DNA of 64,000 bases from Mobula hypostoma (taxonomy: Eukaryota): the NCBI RefSeq assembly GCF_963921235.1, contig NC_086098.1:3844001-3908000 (forward strand), written 5' to 3'. Positions 1 through 11,741 of the stretch are shown here, one piece after another. The notes under the pieces were generated by a model. The model was not told where the DNA came from, did no database searches, and saw only the letters and a list, made by a program, of their open reading frames with translations. A program made the position numbers and the translations under genes. Numbering within the stretch: position 1 is the first letter of the stretch; each line of letters opens with the position of its first letter.

Positions 1-350
1 TGCATGGACTGGGCCTCCACCTTGGTCTGTGGCAGAGCATTCCACAGATTTACTATTCTCGGGCTAAAAAAGATTCTCACCTCCATGCCCTAACAATCAT
101 TCCATGGTCAAAGTCAATTAGATCACATATAAGATCATAAGATATAGGAGTAAAATTAGGCTATTTGGCCCATCTAGTCTTCTCTGCCATTTCATCATGG
201 CTGATCCACTTTTCCTCTCAGGCCCAATCTCCTGCCTTCATGCCCTGACCAGTCAAACCTCTCCAGCATCGTTTTCCAGTGGTCCAATATCTACTCTTGC
301 CTCTCTTTTACTCTTTATGTATCTGATGAAACTTTTGGTACCATCTTTAA
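1..350 (-). mobile_element. CR1 LINE fragments including 3' tail
   Basis: The tail motif (cataagatataggag...ttaggc...ggccca) recurs at many CR1 3' ends in the window. Confidence 0.75.
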
Positions 351-394
351 TATTTCATTTCTAACCCATTCGGAATAACTGAATCTCTTGGCCA

Positions 395-495
395 TGTCTG
401 GATGCTTTTATGCATTGAGTTTCTGCCACATGATTGGCTGATTAGATATTTGCATTAATGAGTAGGTGTACCTAATAAAGGGGCCTCTGAGTGTA
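395..495. mobile_element. Right end of a non-autonomous Tc1-like element
   Basis: gtacctaataaag..gcc.ctgagtg-TA matches the TIR family at 26240/28730 and 44316-44377. Confidence 0.7.
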
Positions 496-619
496 CATTT
501 AGTGATGTAGAAGAGAAAAGGTAGAGGGAATATTGGAATTCCCCTGATAAAATGAAATTCGACCATGTGGACAGTGGGGAAGAAAGTTGTGATTTCAGGA
601 AGTTATTATGGTCTATTAT

Positions 620-1288
620 GATGACCATTCACTTTCAAACATTGTATTTCATTTGCCACTTCTTTACCCATTCCCTTAAACTATCTAGGTCTCTCTGCTG
701 GCTCTCTATTTCCTCAACACTACCTGCTCCTCCATCTATCTTTGTATCATGGGCAATTTTATCCACAAATCCATTAATACCGTAGTCCAAACCATTGACA
801 TACATTGTAAAAAGCCGCGGTCCTAACACCGACGCCTGTGGAACACCACTAGTAACCGGCAGCCAGCCAGAATCGGATCCCTTTATTCCCACTCTCTGTT
901 TTCTGCCGACCAGCCAATGCTCCACCCACGCTAGTAACTCCCCTGTAATTCCATGGGCTGTTACCTTGCTAAGCAGCCTCATGTGCGGCACCTTGTCAAA
1001 GACCTTCTGAAAATCCAAGTACACCACATCTACTGCATCTCCTTTGTCTACCCTGCTTGTAATTTCCTCAAAGAATTGTAGTAGGTTTGTCAAGCAGGAT
1101 TTTCTTTTCAGGAAACCATGCTGGCTTTGGCCTATCTTATCATGTGCCTGCAGGTACTCCATAATCTTATCCCTAACAATCGATTCCAACAACTTCCATC
1201 CACCGATGTCAGGCTAACAGGTCTATAGTTTCCTTTCTCTTGCCTCCCACCCTTCTTAAATAGCAGAGTAACATTTGCAATTTTCCAG
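620..1288 (-). mobile_element. CR1 LINE reverse transcriptase fragment
   Basis: ORF 635-1192: SQHGF..KSCLTNLL, YLDFQKVFDKVPH, SGVPQ, degenerate FADD. Confidence 0.92.
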
Positions 1289-1790
1289 TATCTCAGAAAG
1301 GGTGTGCTGAAACTGGGAAGGGTTTAAAGGAAGTTCATGAAAATGACTCTAGAATTGAAATGTTTGTCATATGAAGAGCATTTGATGGCTCTGGGTCTGT
1401 ATTCACTACAGTTCAGAAGAAGGAGGGACAACCTCATTGAAACCTATCAATTGGCTAAAGACCTTGGTAGAGTGGATGTTTCTTATGGTGGGAGAGTCTT
1501 ACACCGGAGGATACAGCCTCAGAATAGAGGGGTGTCCTTTTAGAATGGAGATGAGGATTTTCTTTTGCCAGAGTGTGGTGAATCAGTAGAATTCTTTACC
1601 ACATGCAGCTGTGGAGGCCAAGTCGTGATGTACTGTATATTTAAGGCAGAAGTTGATAGGTTCTTGATTAGTCAGGGCAGGAGGAGATACAGGGAGAAGG
1701 CAGAAGGTTGAGGCCAAGAGGAAAATTGGATCAGCCACGATGGGCAAAATCACCTAATTCTGTTCCTATATCATATGGTCTTATTGTCTA
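1289..1790 (+). mobile_element. CR1 LINE 3' end
   Basis: YEEHLMALGLYSL.FRR..NLIETY followed by the CR1 3' UTR and tail. Confidence 0.85.
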
Positions 1791-1855
1791 ATTCATCCAG
1801 TGTGTGTTCAAAGGTTCAAATGTATATTTAATGTCAGAGAAATGTATACAATATA

Positions 1856-3792
1856 CAGTGGTATGCAAAAGTTTGGGCACCCTGGTCAAAATTTCTGTTA
1901 CTGTGAATAGCTAAGCGAGTAAAAGATGACCTGATTTCTAAAAGGCATAAAGTTAAAGATGACACATTTCTTTAGTATTTTAAGCAAGATTACTTTTTTA
2001 TTTCCATCTTTTACAGTTTCAAAATAACAAAAAAGGAAAAGGGCCAAAAGCAAAAGTTTGGGCACCCTGCATGGTCAGTACTTAGTAACATCCCCTTTGG
2101 CAAGTATCACAGCTTGTAAATGCTTTCTGTAGCCAGCTAAGAGTCTTTCAATTCTTGTTTGGGGGATTTTCGCCCATTCTTCCTTGCAAAAGGCTTCTAG
2201 TTCTGTGAGATTCTTGGGCCGTCTTGCTTGCACTGCTCTTTTGAGGTCTATTCACAGATTCTCGGTGTCGGGGGACAGTGAGGGCCATGGCAAAACCTTC
2301 AGCTTGCGCCTCTTGAGTCATAGTCATAGTCATACTTTATTGATCCCGGGGGAAATTGGTTTTCGTTACAGTTGCACCATAAATAATAAATAGTAATAAA
2401 ACCATAAATAGTTAATAGTAATATGTAAATTATGAAATAAGTCCAGGACAGACCTATTGGCTCAGGGTGTCTGATCCTCCAAGGGAGGAGTTGTAAGGTT
2501 TGATGGCCACAGGCAGGAATGACTTCCTATGACGCTCTGTGTTGCATCTCGGTGGAATGAGTCTCTGGTTGAATGTACTCCTGTGCCCACCCAGTACATT
2601 ATGTAGTGGATGGGAGACATTGTCCAAGATGGCATGCAACTTGGACACTACCGTCAGAGTGTCCATTGTGGATTTTGAAGTGTGTTTAGGTTCATTATCC
2701 TGTTGTAGAAGCCATGCTTTTTTCATCTTCAGCTTTTTTACAGACGGTGTGATGTTTGCTTCCGGAATTTGCTGGTATTTAATTGAATTCATTCTTCCCT
2801 CTACCAGTGAAATGTTCCTTGTGCCACTGGCTACAACACAAGCTCAAAGCATGATGGATTCACCCCCGTGCTTAACAGTTGGTGAGGTGTTCTTTTCATG
2901 AAATTCTGCACCCTTTTTTCTCCAAACATACCTTTGCTCATTGCAGCCAAAAAGTTCTATTTTAACTTCATCAGTCCACAGGACTTATTTCCAAAATGCA
3001 TCAGGCTTGTTTAGATATTCCTTTGCAAAGTTCTGACGCTGAATTCTGTGGTGAGGACGCAAGAAAGGTTTTCTTCTGATGACTCTTCCATGAAGGTGAT
3101 ATTTGTGCAGGTGTCACTGCACAGTAGAACAGTGCACCACCACTCCAGAGTCTGCTAAGTCTTCCTGAAGGTCTTTTGCAGTCAAACAGGGGTTTTGATG
3201 TGCCTTTCTAGCAATCCCACAAGCAGTTCTCTCGGAAAGTTTTCTTGGTCTTCCAGACCTCAACTTGACCTCCACCGTTCCTGTTAACTGCCATTTCTTA
3301 ATTACATTACGAACTGGGAAAACGGCTACCTGAAAACACTTTGCTATCTTCTTACAGCCTCATCCTGCCTTGTGGGCATCACATATTTTAATTTTCAGAA
3401 AAGAGGAGCCCATGGCTGCTGACTGTTGGGACAAGGTTTGAGGAGTCAGGGTATTTATAAAGCTTTGAAATTTGCATCACCTGGCCTTTCCTAATGATGA
3501 CTGTGAACAAGCCATAGCCCTAACAGGCTAATTAAGGTCTGAGACCTTGGTAAAAGTTATCTGAGAGCTCAAATCTCTTGGGGTGCCCAAACTTTTGCAT
3601 GGTGCTCTTTTCCTTTTTTTCAGTCTAAAATAGTACAAAACAAAAATAATGCACTAAACTTGCTTAAAGTGTTGAAAAGAATGTTTCATCTTTAACTTTA
3701 TGACTTTTGGAGATCAGTTCATCTTCTACTCACTTAACTATTCACAGTAACAGAAATTTTGACCGGGGTACCCAAACTTTTGCATGCCACTG
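1856..3792 (-). mobile_element. Tc1-family DNA transposon with ~210-bp IR/DR ends; transposase relic ~2075-3413
   Basis: TA duplication at 1854-55 and 3793-94. Ends CAGTGGTATGCAAAAGTTTGGGCACCC and its reverse complement, with an inner direct repeat GCAAAAGTTTGGGCACCC on each side. Peptides LQQDNEPKHTSK and C-terminal TKY*. Confidence 0.95.
2318..2665 (-). mobile_element. 5'-truncated Rex/Babar-type LINE with (TGACTA)n tail inside the Tc1 transposase
   Basis: Highly similar to 13356-13855. Peptide SHPLH...TERHRKSFLPVAIK. Confidence 0.85.
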
Positions 3793-4534
3793 TACATCCT
3801 GAAATGCTTTTCCTTCGCAACCATCTACGAAAACAGAGGAGTGCCCCAAAGAATGAACGACAGTTAAACGTTAGAACCCCAAAGTCCCCCCCCACCAGCT
3901 CCTGTCCCTTCCGCGCGTAAGCGGCAGCGAGCAACAATCCCCCTCCTCCCACTGGCAAAAATAAAGTGCACCCGCTACCAGCACTCAAGCGTGAGCAAAG
4001 CAATAGCAAAGAAACAGACTACAGTGGTGCAGTTACCCCAAAGACTACATTGTTTACCCGATAATTTGACATGCTTCAGGCTCTCTCTCTCTCCGAATAA
4101 GGGAGAAAGAGGTGACTCCATACCATTTTCCAACAAGTGGGAGAGACAACAAACAACTCGCTGGTTTACGATGTTAAAAGTCCGTTACGTTGCTTTTTTC
4201 GAGCTCTATGCCTGGAGATCACAAGGATCCCTGGTCTCCAGGCACACAGCAGATGTTCCGACTCCCCCAACGACACACGGATCTCCTGTGGCGACATCGA
4301 CCCTTGATTCGTCCGACCCAGTTATTCGAGATCCGAGACTTTGGCATGCCAAATAGCGGCTGATTGTGGAACCTTGAGAGTGGGTCCCATTCCCGCAAAC
4401 AACCATAGTCAGCATGTAACTCCAGGTCAGGGTCTTCATAAGAACCCTGAAAGGGAAAAATAGAGATATTAAAGATGGAAATAGGACTGTTTTCGAAGAT
4501 GCAAGCAAAGAGTCGCTGTTGGGCGCCATAACTA

Positions 4535-5142
4535 CTTAGCTCTGCCTCTCCGCTTTGTGCCATGTTCTTTTGATTGACTAAATGAACAAAATCAGCACAG
4601 GCACATAGTACAGTTAATGGACTGTCTTCATGCGGTGCTATCAATGAGTGCATCCACCAAATCTTCATCTTTACTGTCATATTCAAGATGATTGTCGGTA
4701 AGTTCAAATGCTTTGTAGTGCCTAACTGATTGAAGTTGTGAAATCTTTTCATTTTCACCCCGGGCTGTTTCTAGCATTCCGAAGCCTCAATGCTTGAAAC
4801 CATGGTGAGCAAAACAGTTCTGAATTGTCTTACTGCTTATTTCTTGCCAAATATCAGTGACAAAGATCACTGCTTTTTGACCACAAGCACATGGGACTGG
4901 TGCAGTTTGAAAACTGTTCACTGTGAGCAGTGTAGTGACTAATGGCTGCACAAGTGCTCACGTTTGACACTAGTTTGAAGCTGTTCAGCAACAGCCTCCT
5001 GGCCCTATTATGTGGCATTATCTCGCAGATAACCAAAGGGAATCCCAGCTATTCTCTTGATTAATTTTTATTCTTTAAAAATTGTCCGAACTAAGCGGCT
5101 GCCCCGATTAATGGATGGCCCAATTAACCAGAATGCACTGTA
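4535..5142 (-). mobile_element. Tigger/pogo-like DNA transposon remnant
   Basis: Ends ...ccaattaaccagaatgcactg-TA. Acidic transposase-tail-like coding remnant on the minus strand. Confidence 0.55.
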
Positions 5143-5194
5143 TCGATTTATCCACTTCTCCGTCCATCCATCCATTAATCCATCGTCTATCTAT

Positions 5195-5485
5195 TTATTT
5201 AATAATTGATTAATAGATAGAGTGTGGAACAGTCCCTTCCAGCTGAATGAGCTACATGACCCAGCAACCCACCTATTTAACTCTATCCTTATCAGAGGTC
5301 AATTTACAATGACCAATTAACCTACTAACTGGTACGACTTTGGACTGAAAGGAAACCGGGGCACTCAGAGGAAACCCATGCGGTCATGGGGAGAATGTAC
5401 AAACTCCTTACAGTTGACACCAGAATGTAACTTTGAACTCCAATGCCCTAAGCTGTAATAGTATCGTGCTAACCGCAACACTATC
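5195..5485 (-). mobile_element. tRNA-derived V-SINE (HE1-like)
   Basis: Core acaatgaccaattaaccta...ggaaacc...ggagaatgtacaaactcc. Further copies at ~8370-8600(+), 14760-14970(-), 17150-17390(-), 38140-38405(+), 47090-47280(+), 49240-49460(+), 63150-63428(+). Confidence 0.8.
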
Positions 5486-5724
5486 TCTAAATAAAATTTA
5501 AAAATAAGCACTTCCATTAAATAGTCCCTGTGCACCATGAAACAGATTACCTTCTGACAGTGGATGATGCATTGGGGAAGCCATTTTGAATAGTAAGAAA
5601 GTAATAGTGCTGCACTCAGTGATGTCCTCCAGTCATGCATCTGAGTGATGAACAAAAGCCTTGGTTATTCCATATGACGATTCTAACTATTGTTTCATCC
5701 AATATTTTGTATGGATCTCTTTAG

Positions 5725-5844
5725 AGTGGCATTTTGGAAGAACATTTACGGATGCACCTTCAATGTTGCCTGATACTTTGTGACCTGTGGTGTACCAATC
5801 TCAATACAGTTACTATATTGTGGGAATACTACAGTAAATTCCTG
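5725..5844 (+). CDS. MMS22L: MMS22L internal coding exon (120 bp, phase 0/0)
   Basis: Acceptor ctctttag|AGT, donor CTG|gtaagt. Translates SGILEEHLRMHLQCCLILCDLWCTNLNTVTILWEYYSKFL, matching recalled vertebrate MMS22L (ILEEQLRMYLHCCLTLCDFW...VTILWEYYSKNL). Not in the ORF track. Confidence 0.93.
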
Positions 5845-6079
5845 GTAAGTACAATGTTTGCACAATCAGAAGTTCTAAAAGCTCTAGGTTGGTTGATAAG
5901 AGTGATATAATCTCTTGGGACAAGTAGCATAGTGAAATAGAATGAAATAGAATAATATTTGTTTAACACCTGACTTCGGTGGTGGGAACATTGCGGGGAG
6001 AGGCCAGACTAACACTGTGGGTGAGAGTAGCCATTTAACAAACATAAATTAGAGCTACATGAAGTAATCAGAAGCCTGG

Positions 6080-6612
6080 TCACTTCATTATTTAAGGAAA
6101 GATACATCTGTTTTGGAGGGAGCATAAGTGTGGGTCATCTGCTTAGCTTCCAGATGAGGGACTTGTCTAATGTCAAAAGATTAATGAGGTTGGGCCTCTC
6201 ATCTTGAGCCACAACTCTTTGGAGTCCAAAAGAATGGGAAGTGACCCATTAGACATAGCAGCAGATTAGATCACCTGTCCCATCGAGTCTGCAACACCAT
6301 TTTATCCTGACTGATTTATTATGTCTCTCAACCCCTTTCTCCTGACTTCTTCCCATAACATTTGACACCCTTATCAATCACGAACTGATCAACTTTCACT
6401 TTAAATATACGCAATAGCCATCCGTGGCAATGATTTCCACATATTCATCGGCCTCTGGCTAAAGGAGTTCCCCTTCATCACTGTTCTAAATGAACGCCCG
6501 TCTATTTTGAGGCTGTCCCTTCTGGTTTATAAATGGCATGAATTTGAATGACAGAGCAGAAGTGATGGGCTGAATGGCCGAATTCTGGTCCTATGTCTTA
6601 TTGTTTTATGGA
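6080..6612. mobile_element. Degenerate CR1 3' fragments in both orientations
   Basis: CR1 3' UTR and tail motifs. Confidence 0.65.
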
Positions 6613-6777
6613 ATAATGTAATTCTAATAACTTTTTAAGGTACAGATTTAAGGAACTACAGTTTTCTGTTTTGAGTCGTTTGTCCTTTATTCACATGATT
6701 AAAAATCCCTAGAAAATTTTACATGCTCAGAAAAATTTCGATTGCAAGCTTTTTAAAAGATTAGTTTGCTAAGTTAA

Positions 6778-7058
6778 AAACACAAGAGGTTCTGCAGATG
6801 CTGGAAGTCTGGAGTAACACAGACAGAATGCTGGAGGAATTCAGCAGGTCAGGCAGCATCTATGATGAGGAATATTGAGCCAACACTTTGGGCCGAGATC
6901 CCTCATTTGCACTTGGACCTTCACCAGGGCCTGATAAAGGATAACGGCCTGAAAAGTCAGCTCTTTTTTACCTCTTCATAGATGCTGCCTGATCTGCTGA
7001 GTTCTTCCAGCATTTTATGTGTGTTGCTCTGGATTTCCAGCATCTGCAGAATCTCTTG
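6778..7058. mobile_element. Fold-back pair of PLE terminal repeats
   Basis: 6778-6905 is the reverse complement of 6925-7058 (ctgcagatgctgga...tgctggaggaa.tcagcagg). A second partial pair lies at 7163-7325. Confidence 0.8.
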
Positions 7059-7576
7059 AGCCTATTTTTAATCCAGTTTTGTTGAGTTTGATGTCCTGAA
7101 TTGTCTGCTGGGTATAATTTGCCCAAGCTGGTTAATGAAATGACTACTAAGAGATGACTGCGCAAGAGATTCTGCAGAGGCTGGAAATTCAGAGCAACAC
7201 ACACAAAATGCTGGAGGAACTCAGCAGATCAGGTAGCATCTATGGAGTGGAATTAACAGTCGATGTTTTGGGCCTAGACCCTTCATCAATCCTGCTGATT
7301 ATTCAGTCCAGAATTTTGTGTGTGTAAGTCTGGTAAGTGATTTTCCCTCGTTAGGAATAAAATTTAAATAAGGGAATGTCCAGAAGGAAAATGTACGTAT
7401 TTGAAATACTGTAGATTGCAAGACCATGTTCAAAATAAATTTATTATCAAAGTACATATATGTCACCAAATCCTACCCTGAGATTGATTGATGTATTTCC
7501 TGTTACTTTTATGGATTATTTTGTGGATGCCTGGATTATTGCTGACTACAGGGCATATGTCTGTTTGTTGTTACAG

Positions 7577-7803
7577 AATAGCCCCTTCAATATTCCGTGG
7601 CTTGGCCTTCAAGGGCTGGCCAGTGTGACCAAATCGCCTTTCGCAATGCTCGAAATGACGAGGACCTGCTGCAGCGGTGACCAAAGCTCCAACTTGTACG
7701 AGTCACAGAATAGCTTTCAGCTTTTCCTCAGAATTTTAGCCCTGCAAATGACAAAAGGACAGGAAGCAAGTGGAACACACCCATGGAAACAGCTAAAAGG
7801 AAG
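7577..7803 (+). CDS. MMS22L: MMS22L internal coding exon (227 bp, phase 0/2)
   Basis: Acceptor ttgttacag|AAT, donor AG|gtaatc. Translates NSPFNIPWLGLQGLASVTKSPFAMLEMTRTCC...HPWKQLKG(R), in frame with both neighbouring exons. Confidence 0.95.
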
Positions 7804-7814
7804 GTAATCAAAAA

Positions 7815-8370
7815 TAAGACCGTAAGATATAGGAGCTGAATTAGGCCATGTGGTCTATTGAGTCTGCTCTGCTATTTTATCAAGGCTGACTTATTATGCC
7901 TCTCAACCTCATTCTCCTGCCTTCTCCCTGTAATCTTTGACACCCTTACTAATCAAGAACCTATCAACCTCTGCTTTAAATACACCCAGTGACCTGGACT
8001 GCACAGCTGTCTGTCAATGAACTCCACATATTCACTACTCTCTGGCTAAGGAATTTCCTCCTCATCTCTGTTTTAAAGAGGCATCCTTCTATTCTGAGAC
8101 TGTACCTTCTGGTCCTAGACTCTCCTTATATCGAAAGATTCTCTCCATATCCACACTATCTAGGCCTTTCAATATTGAATTGGTTTCAATGAGATTCTCC
8201 TTCATTCTTCTAAACTCCAGCAAATACAAGCACAGAGCCATGGTCATAAATTTCCTCTGGACCCTCTCCAATACCAGCACATCCCTTCTTAGATAGGGGG
8301 CCGAAAATTGCTCATAATAATCCAAGTGTGGTCTGACCAATGCCTTATAAAGTCTCAGCGATATATCCTT
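7815..8370 (-). mobile_element. CR1 LINE 3' end
   Basis: LYKALVRPHLDY.EQF.APYLRRD.L.LERVQR plus tail. Confidence 0.9.
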
Positions 8371-8727
8371 GGCACGGTAGCACAACACTTTACAGTACGG
8401 GAACCCAGGTTCAATTCTGTAAGGACTTTACGTTGTCGAAGTGACTGTGTGGGTTTCCTTTGGGGGCTTCAGTTTCCTCCCACAATTCTAAGATGCACTG
8501 GTTGGTAAGTTAACTGGTCATTGTAAATTGTCCTGTGATGTGGCTCGGGGTGCTGGGTGGCATGGCTCAAAGGCCTGTTCCACACTGCGTGTCAATAAAT
8601 AAACACTCTAGTACCCTTGGAATAAATGGTGTAAATAAGTAAAAATATTCTCTTTCCCAATATTTAGTTATATGTTGTTAAACTAAACTCTCATTTATCT
8701 GAAGAAAAATTGTCTTTGAAGTGTCAT

Positions 8728-9647
8728 AAACACGAGATTCTGTGGCTGTTGGAAATTCAGAGCAACACACACAAAATGCTGGAGGAACTCAGCAGGGCAG
8801 GCAGCATCTATCGAACTGAACAGTCAGTGTTTCTGGTGAGACCATTCACCAGGACTAGAAAGGAAGGAAGAGGGAAGACACCAGTATGAAAAGGTGGGCG
8901 GGCAGAAGGGAAGGAGAATAGCTAGAAGGTGATAGGTGAAGCCAGGTTCGCGGGAGCAGGGCGCGGAAGGTAGAGGGCTGGAGAAGAAGGAATCTGATGG
9001 GTGAGGAGAGTGGACCATGGGTGAAGGGGAAGGAGGAGGGACACCAGGGAGCGGTGATGGGCAGGTGAGGAAGTCAGAGTGGGGAATAAAAGAGGGAAGG
9101 GGGAGGGGAAAAGAGAAAAAAGAAGAGGAGAAAATACCAGAAGGAGAAATCAATGTTGATGCCATCAGGCTGGAGGCTACCTAGCTCTAACCGTGTGACC
9201 CAGGTCGTACTCTTCCCCCTCCCCCCAACATCGTATTCTTCCTTCTTCCCTCTTCCTTTCTAACCGTGTGACCCAGGTCGTACTCTTCCCCCTCCCCCCA
9301 ACATCGTATTCTTCCTTCTTCCCTCTTCCTTTCTAACCGTGTGACCCAGGTCGTACTCTTCCCCCTCCCCCCAACATCGTATTCTTCCTTCTTCCCTCTT
9401 CCTTTCTAACCGTGTGACCCAGGTCGTACTCTTCCCCCTCCCCCCAACATCGTATTCTTCCTTCTTCCCTCTTCCTTTCTAACCGTGTGACCCAGGTCGT
9501 ACTCTTCCCCCTCCCCCCAGCATCGTATTCTTCCTTCTTCCCTCTTCCTTTCCAGCCCTGATGAAGGGTCTCAGCCTGAAATGTTGACTATCTTTATTTC
9601 CATAGATCCTGCCTGAACTGCTGTTCTTCCAGTATTTTGTGTGTGTT
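8728..9647. mobile_element. Inverted PLE ends (8728-9183 minus; ~9500-9647 plus) enclosing a tandem repeat
   Basis: The minus arm carries the GIY-YIG C-terminal codons (..SLQPDGINIDFS) and the terminal repeat. The plus arm carries the CTGATGA...GAAA motif. Confidence 0.85.
9186..9552. repeat. Tandem repeat, 5 x 73 bp, nearly identical
   Basis: Unit tctaaccgtgtgacccaggtcgtactcttccccctccccccaacatcgtattcttccttcttccctcttcctt starts at 9186, 9259, 9332, 9405 and 9478. Confidence 0.97.
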
Positions 9648-9869
9648 CTCATTACTTTCTAGAACGTGGTATTCATTTCATTTTTTGAGTTTTCCTCAGT
9701 AAAATAAAATTAATTCACAGTTTTTTCTGCAGATTTTGGTTTAGTGAATATTTTAATGCTTTTCTAGTAAGTTTCTATCAGGTGCAAGAGGGTCCAGAGG
9801 AGTTTCACAAGAATTGAAAGTGTTAATGTGTGGGGAGTGTTTGATGGCTCTGGGCCTGTACTCACTGAA

Positions 9870-10512
9870 GTTTTCAAAGTATAAAGTAAATTTTATTATC
9901 AAAGTACATATGTGTCACCAAATAAAATCCTGAGATTCATTTCCTTGCAGGCATACTCAATAAATCCATAATAGAATAATAACCACAACAGAATCAAGGA
10001 AAGACCGCACCAACTTGGGCCACACCACACCAGTGTGCAAAAGACATCACGCTATGCAAGTAGAAAAATAAATAAATAATAATAATAAGTAATTAAGCAA
10101 TAAATATTAAGAAGGTGAGATGAAATGTCCTTGAAAGTGAGTGCATAGGTTGTGGGAACATTTCAATGAAGGAATGAGTAAAGTTAAGTTTTCCCCTTTG
10201 GTTCAAGAGCCTGATGATTGAGGGGTAATAACTGTTCCTGAACCTGGTGATGCAGCAATCTATAGAATTTTGTTAAAGTGTTAGATATGGCGAATCTTCG
10301 CAAACTCCTAAGGAAGTAGAAGCGTTGCCGTACTATCTGCATAATTGCACTTGCGTACTGGGCCCAGGACAGGTTCTCTGAAATAATAACACTGAGGAGT
10401 TTAAAGTTGTTGATCCTCTCCACTTCTGATCCTCCGAAAAGGACTGGCTCACAGACGGTGTTGTCATCAACAAACTTGAAGATGACATTGGTGCTGTGTT
10501 TAGCCACACAGT
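9870..10512 (-). mobile_element. Rex/Babar LINE 3' fragment with internal deletions
   Basis: KFVDD..., GSEVER..NFK.L.V.ISE.LSW, QRFYFLRSLRRF. Confidence 0.8.
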
Positions 10513-10860
10513 TGAAGAATGAGAGAGGATCTCATTGAAACCTATTGAATATTGCAAAGCCTAAATAGAGAGTGGACATGGAGAGGATATTTCCAGTAAT
10601 GGGAGAGACTAGGATGAGATGACACAGCCTCAGAATAGAAGGACATCTGTTTAGAACCAAGATTCAGAGGAATTCTTCAGAGAGAGTCCTGTGAATGTGT
10701 GGAATTCATTACCACAGATGGCTGTGGAGGCCAAATTATTGGGTATATTTAAAATGGAGGATGATGGTTCTTGATTAGTAAGAGCGTCAAAGGTTATGGG
10801 GAGAAGGCAGGAGAATGGGTTCGCGAAAGATAATAAATCAATCACGATTAAATGGTCTTG
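10513..10860 (+). mobile_element. CR1 3' fragment
   Basis: gatctcattgaaacctat...ggctgtggaggccaa CR1 3' region. Confidence 0.8.
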
Positions 10861-10938
10861 TAAGCTTATTACATTATAGTCAATTGAAATCTTTTTGAGT
10901 TTCTGCTGAATCAAGCCAACCAACTATTAATTTTACAG

Positions 10939-11448
10939 GATTTATTCCAAGTTTCATCAACGAAAAATGCAAGAACTCAAGGAGCTGGGCCTTCAGAACT
11001 TCCTTAGCCTTTTCCTAGTCCTCGCGGAAGTGGCCGGTCTGGAGGATGTTGTGAGCCGCGTGTCCGACCTTCTCGACCTTTTAAAGCCCAGTCTGCTCTC
11101 CACTGCCCAGCAATGCTTGATTTGGAAGGGTTACTTTGCATTTCTTTTGATGTACGAAGAGAAAAATGTCGACGTCAGCTTCCTTGCCACAAAGATGTCG
11201 GCCAATTTTGAGAATGTAGCCAAGGAATTCTACCTGAAGACCACGGACCACACCCGGAAAGCGACCCTTTGGCCATTGTTATTGACGTATATGGAATCAG
11301 TGCAGGAGGTATTTGAGACCAGTTCCTTTCTGCACCTTTCAGAGGAGAAGCTGTTGAACGGAGGGTTTGATCTGCTGTGCCGTGCCTGCAGGGAAGTCGA
11401 ACTAAGTGCAGCACTTACATTTCTACAAATTGTTCTGGCTCGCTTGAG
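10939..11448 (+). CDS. MMS22L: MMS22L internal coding exon (510 bp, phase 2/2)
   Basis: Acceptor ttttacag|G, donor AG|gtgagt. Translates (R)IYSKFHQRKMQELKELGLQNFLSLFLVLA...VQEVFETS...EKLLNGGF...FLQIVLARL(R), matching recalled MMS22L. Confidence 0.96.
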
Positions 11449-11741
11449 GTGAGTACCTGTTCACAAACAACACTCTTCCAGGCGCTGCTAAAGTTTAATC
11501 TCTACTTTTGTTATAGATTTGCAAAAACAAATGCCGATACTGTGTATCTCATTAGTGGTGGTATTGATCAGAAGCCTTTGGCCTGAAGGACTTTCTCTGA
11601 TTGCTGGGTCCAAATAATTTGAAACTGTATGGTAAATAGCCAGTCGCCAAGGATGTGTTGATATTTGAAATCATTTCAGAGTTGGGATGCTTATAATCTA
11701 GCAGTGTGGAAGCAAAGAACAAGGCTTCCTTGGAGCTGTCA

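Larger units (their letters stand above)
1806..4532 (-). mobile_element. Non-autonomous LINE-derived element (~0.8 kb net) split by a Tc1
   Basis: Tail at 1806-1855 resumes at 3795. The uninterrupted junction aatgtatacaatataca(t/a)cct occurs in related copies near 38741 and 40460. The minus-strand head begins ATGGCGCCC. Confidence 0.75.

Noticed and set aside
5635..5700. Possible C/D box snoRNA (GTGATGA near 5645)
   Set aside because: No downstream CTGA D box or terminal stem was found before the exon.
9186..9552. CRISPR-like array
   Set aside because: The units are contiguous and identical with no unique spacers, there are no cas genes, and the context is a eukaryotic intron.
10967..11452. 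Single-exon 161-aa gene as given in the ORF track
   Set aside because: It is an internal MMS22L exon with splice sites at 10939 and 11448. The ORF start and stop are artefacts.
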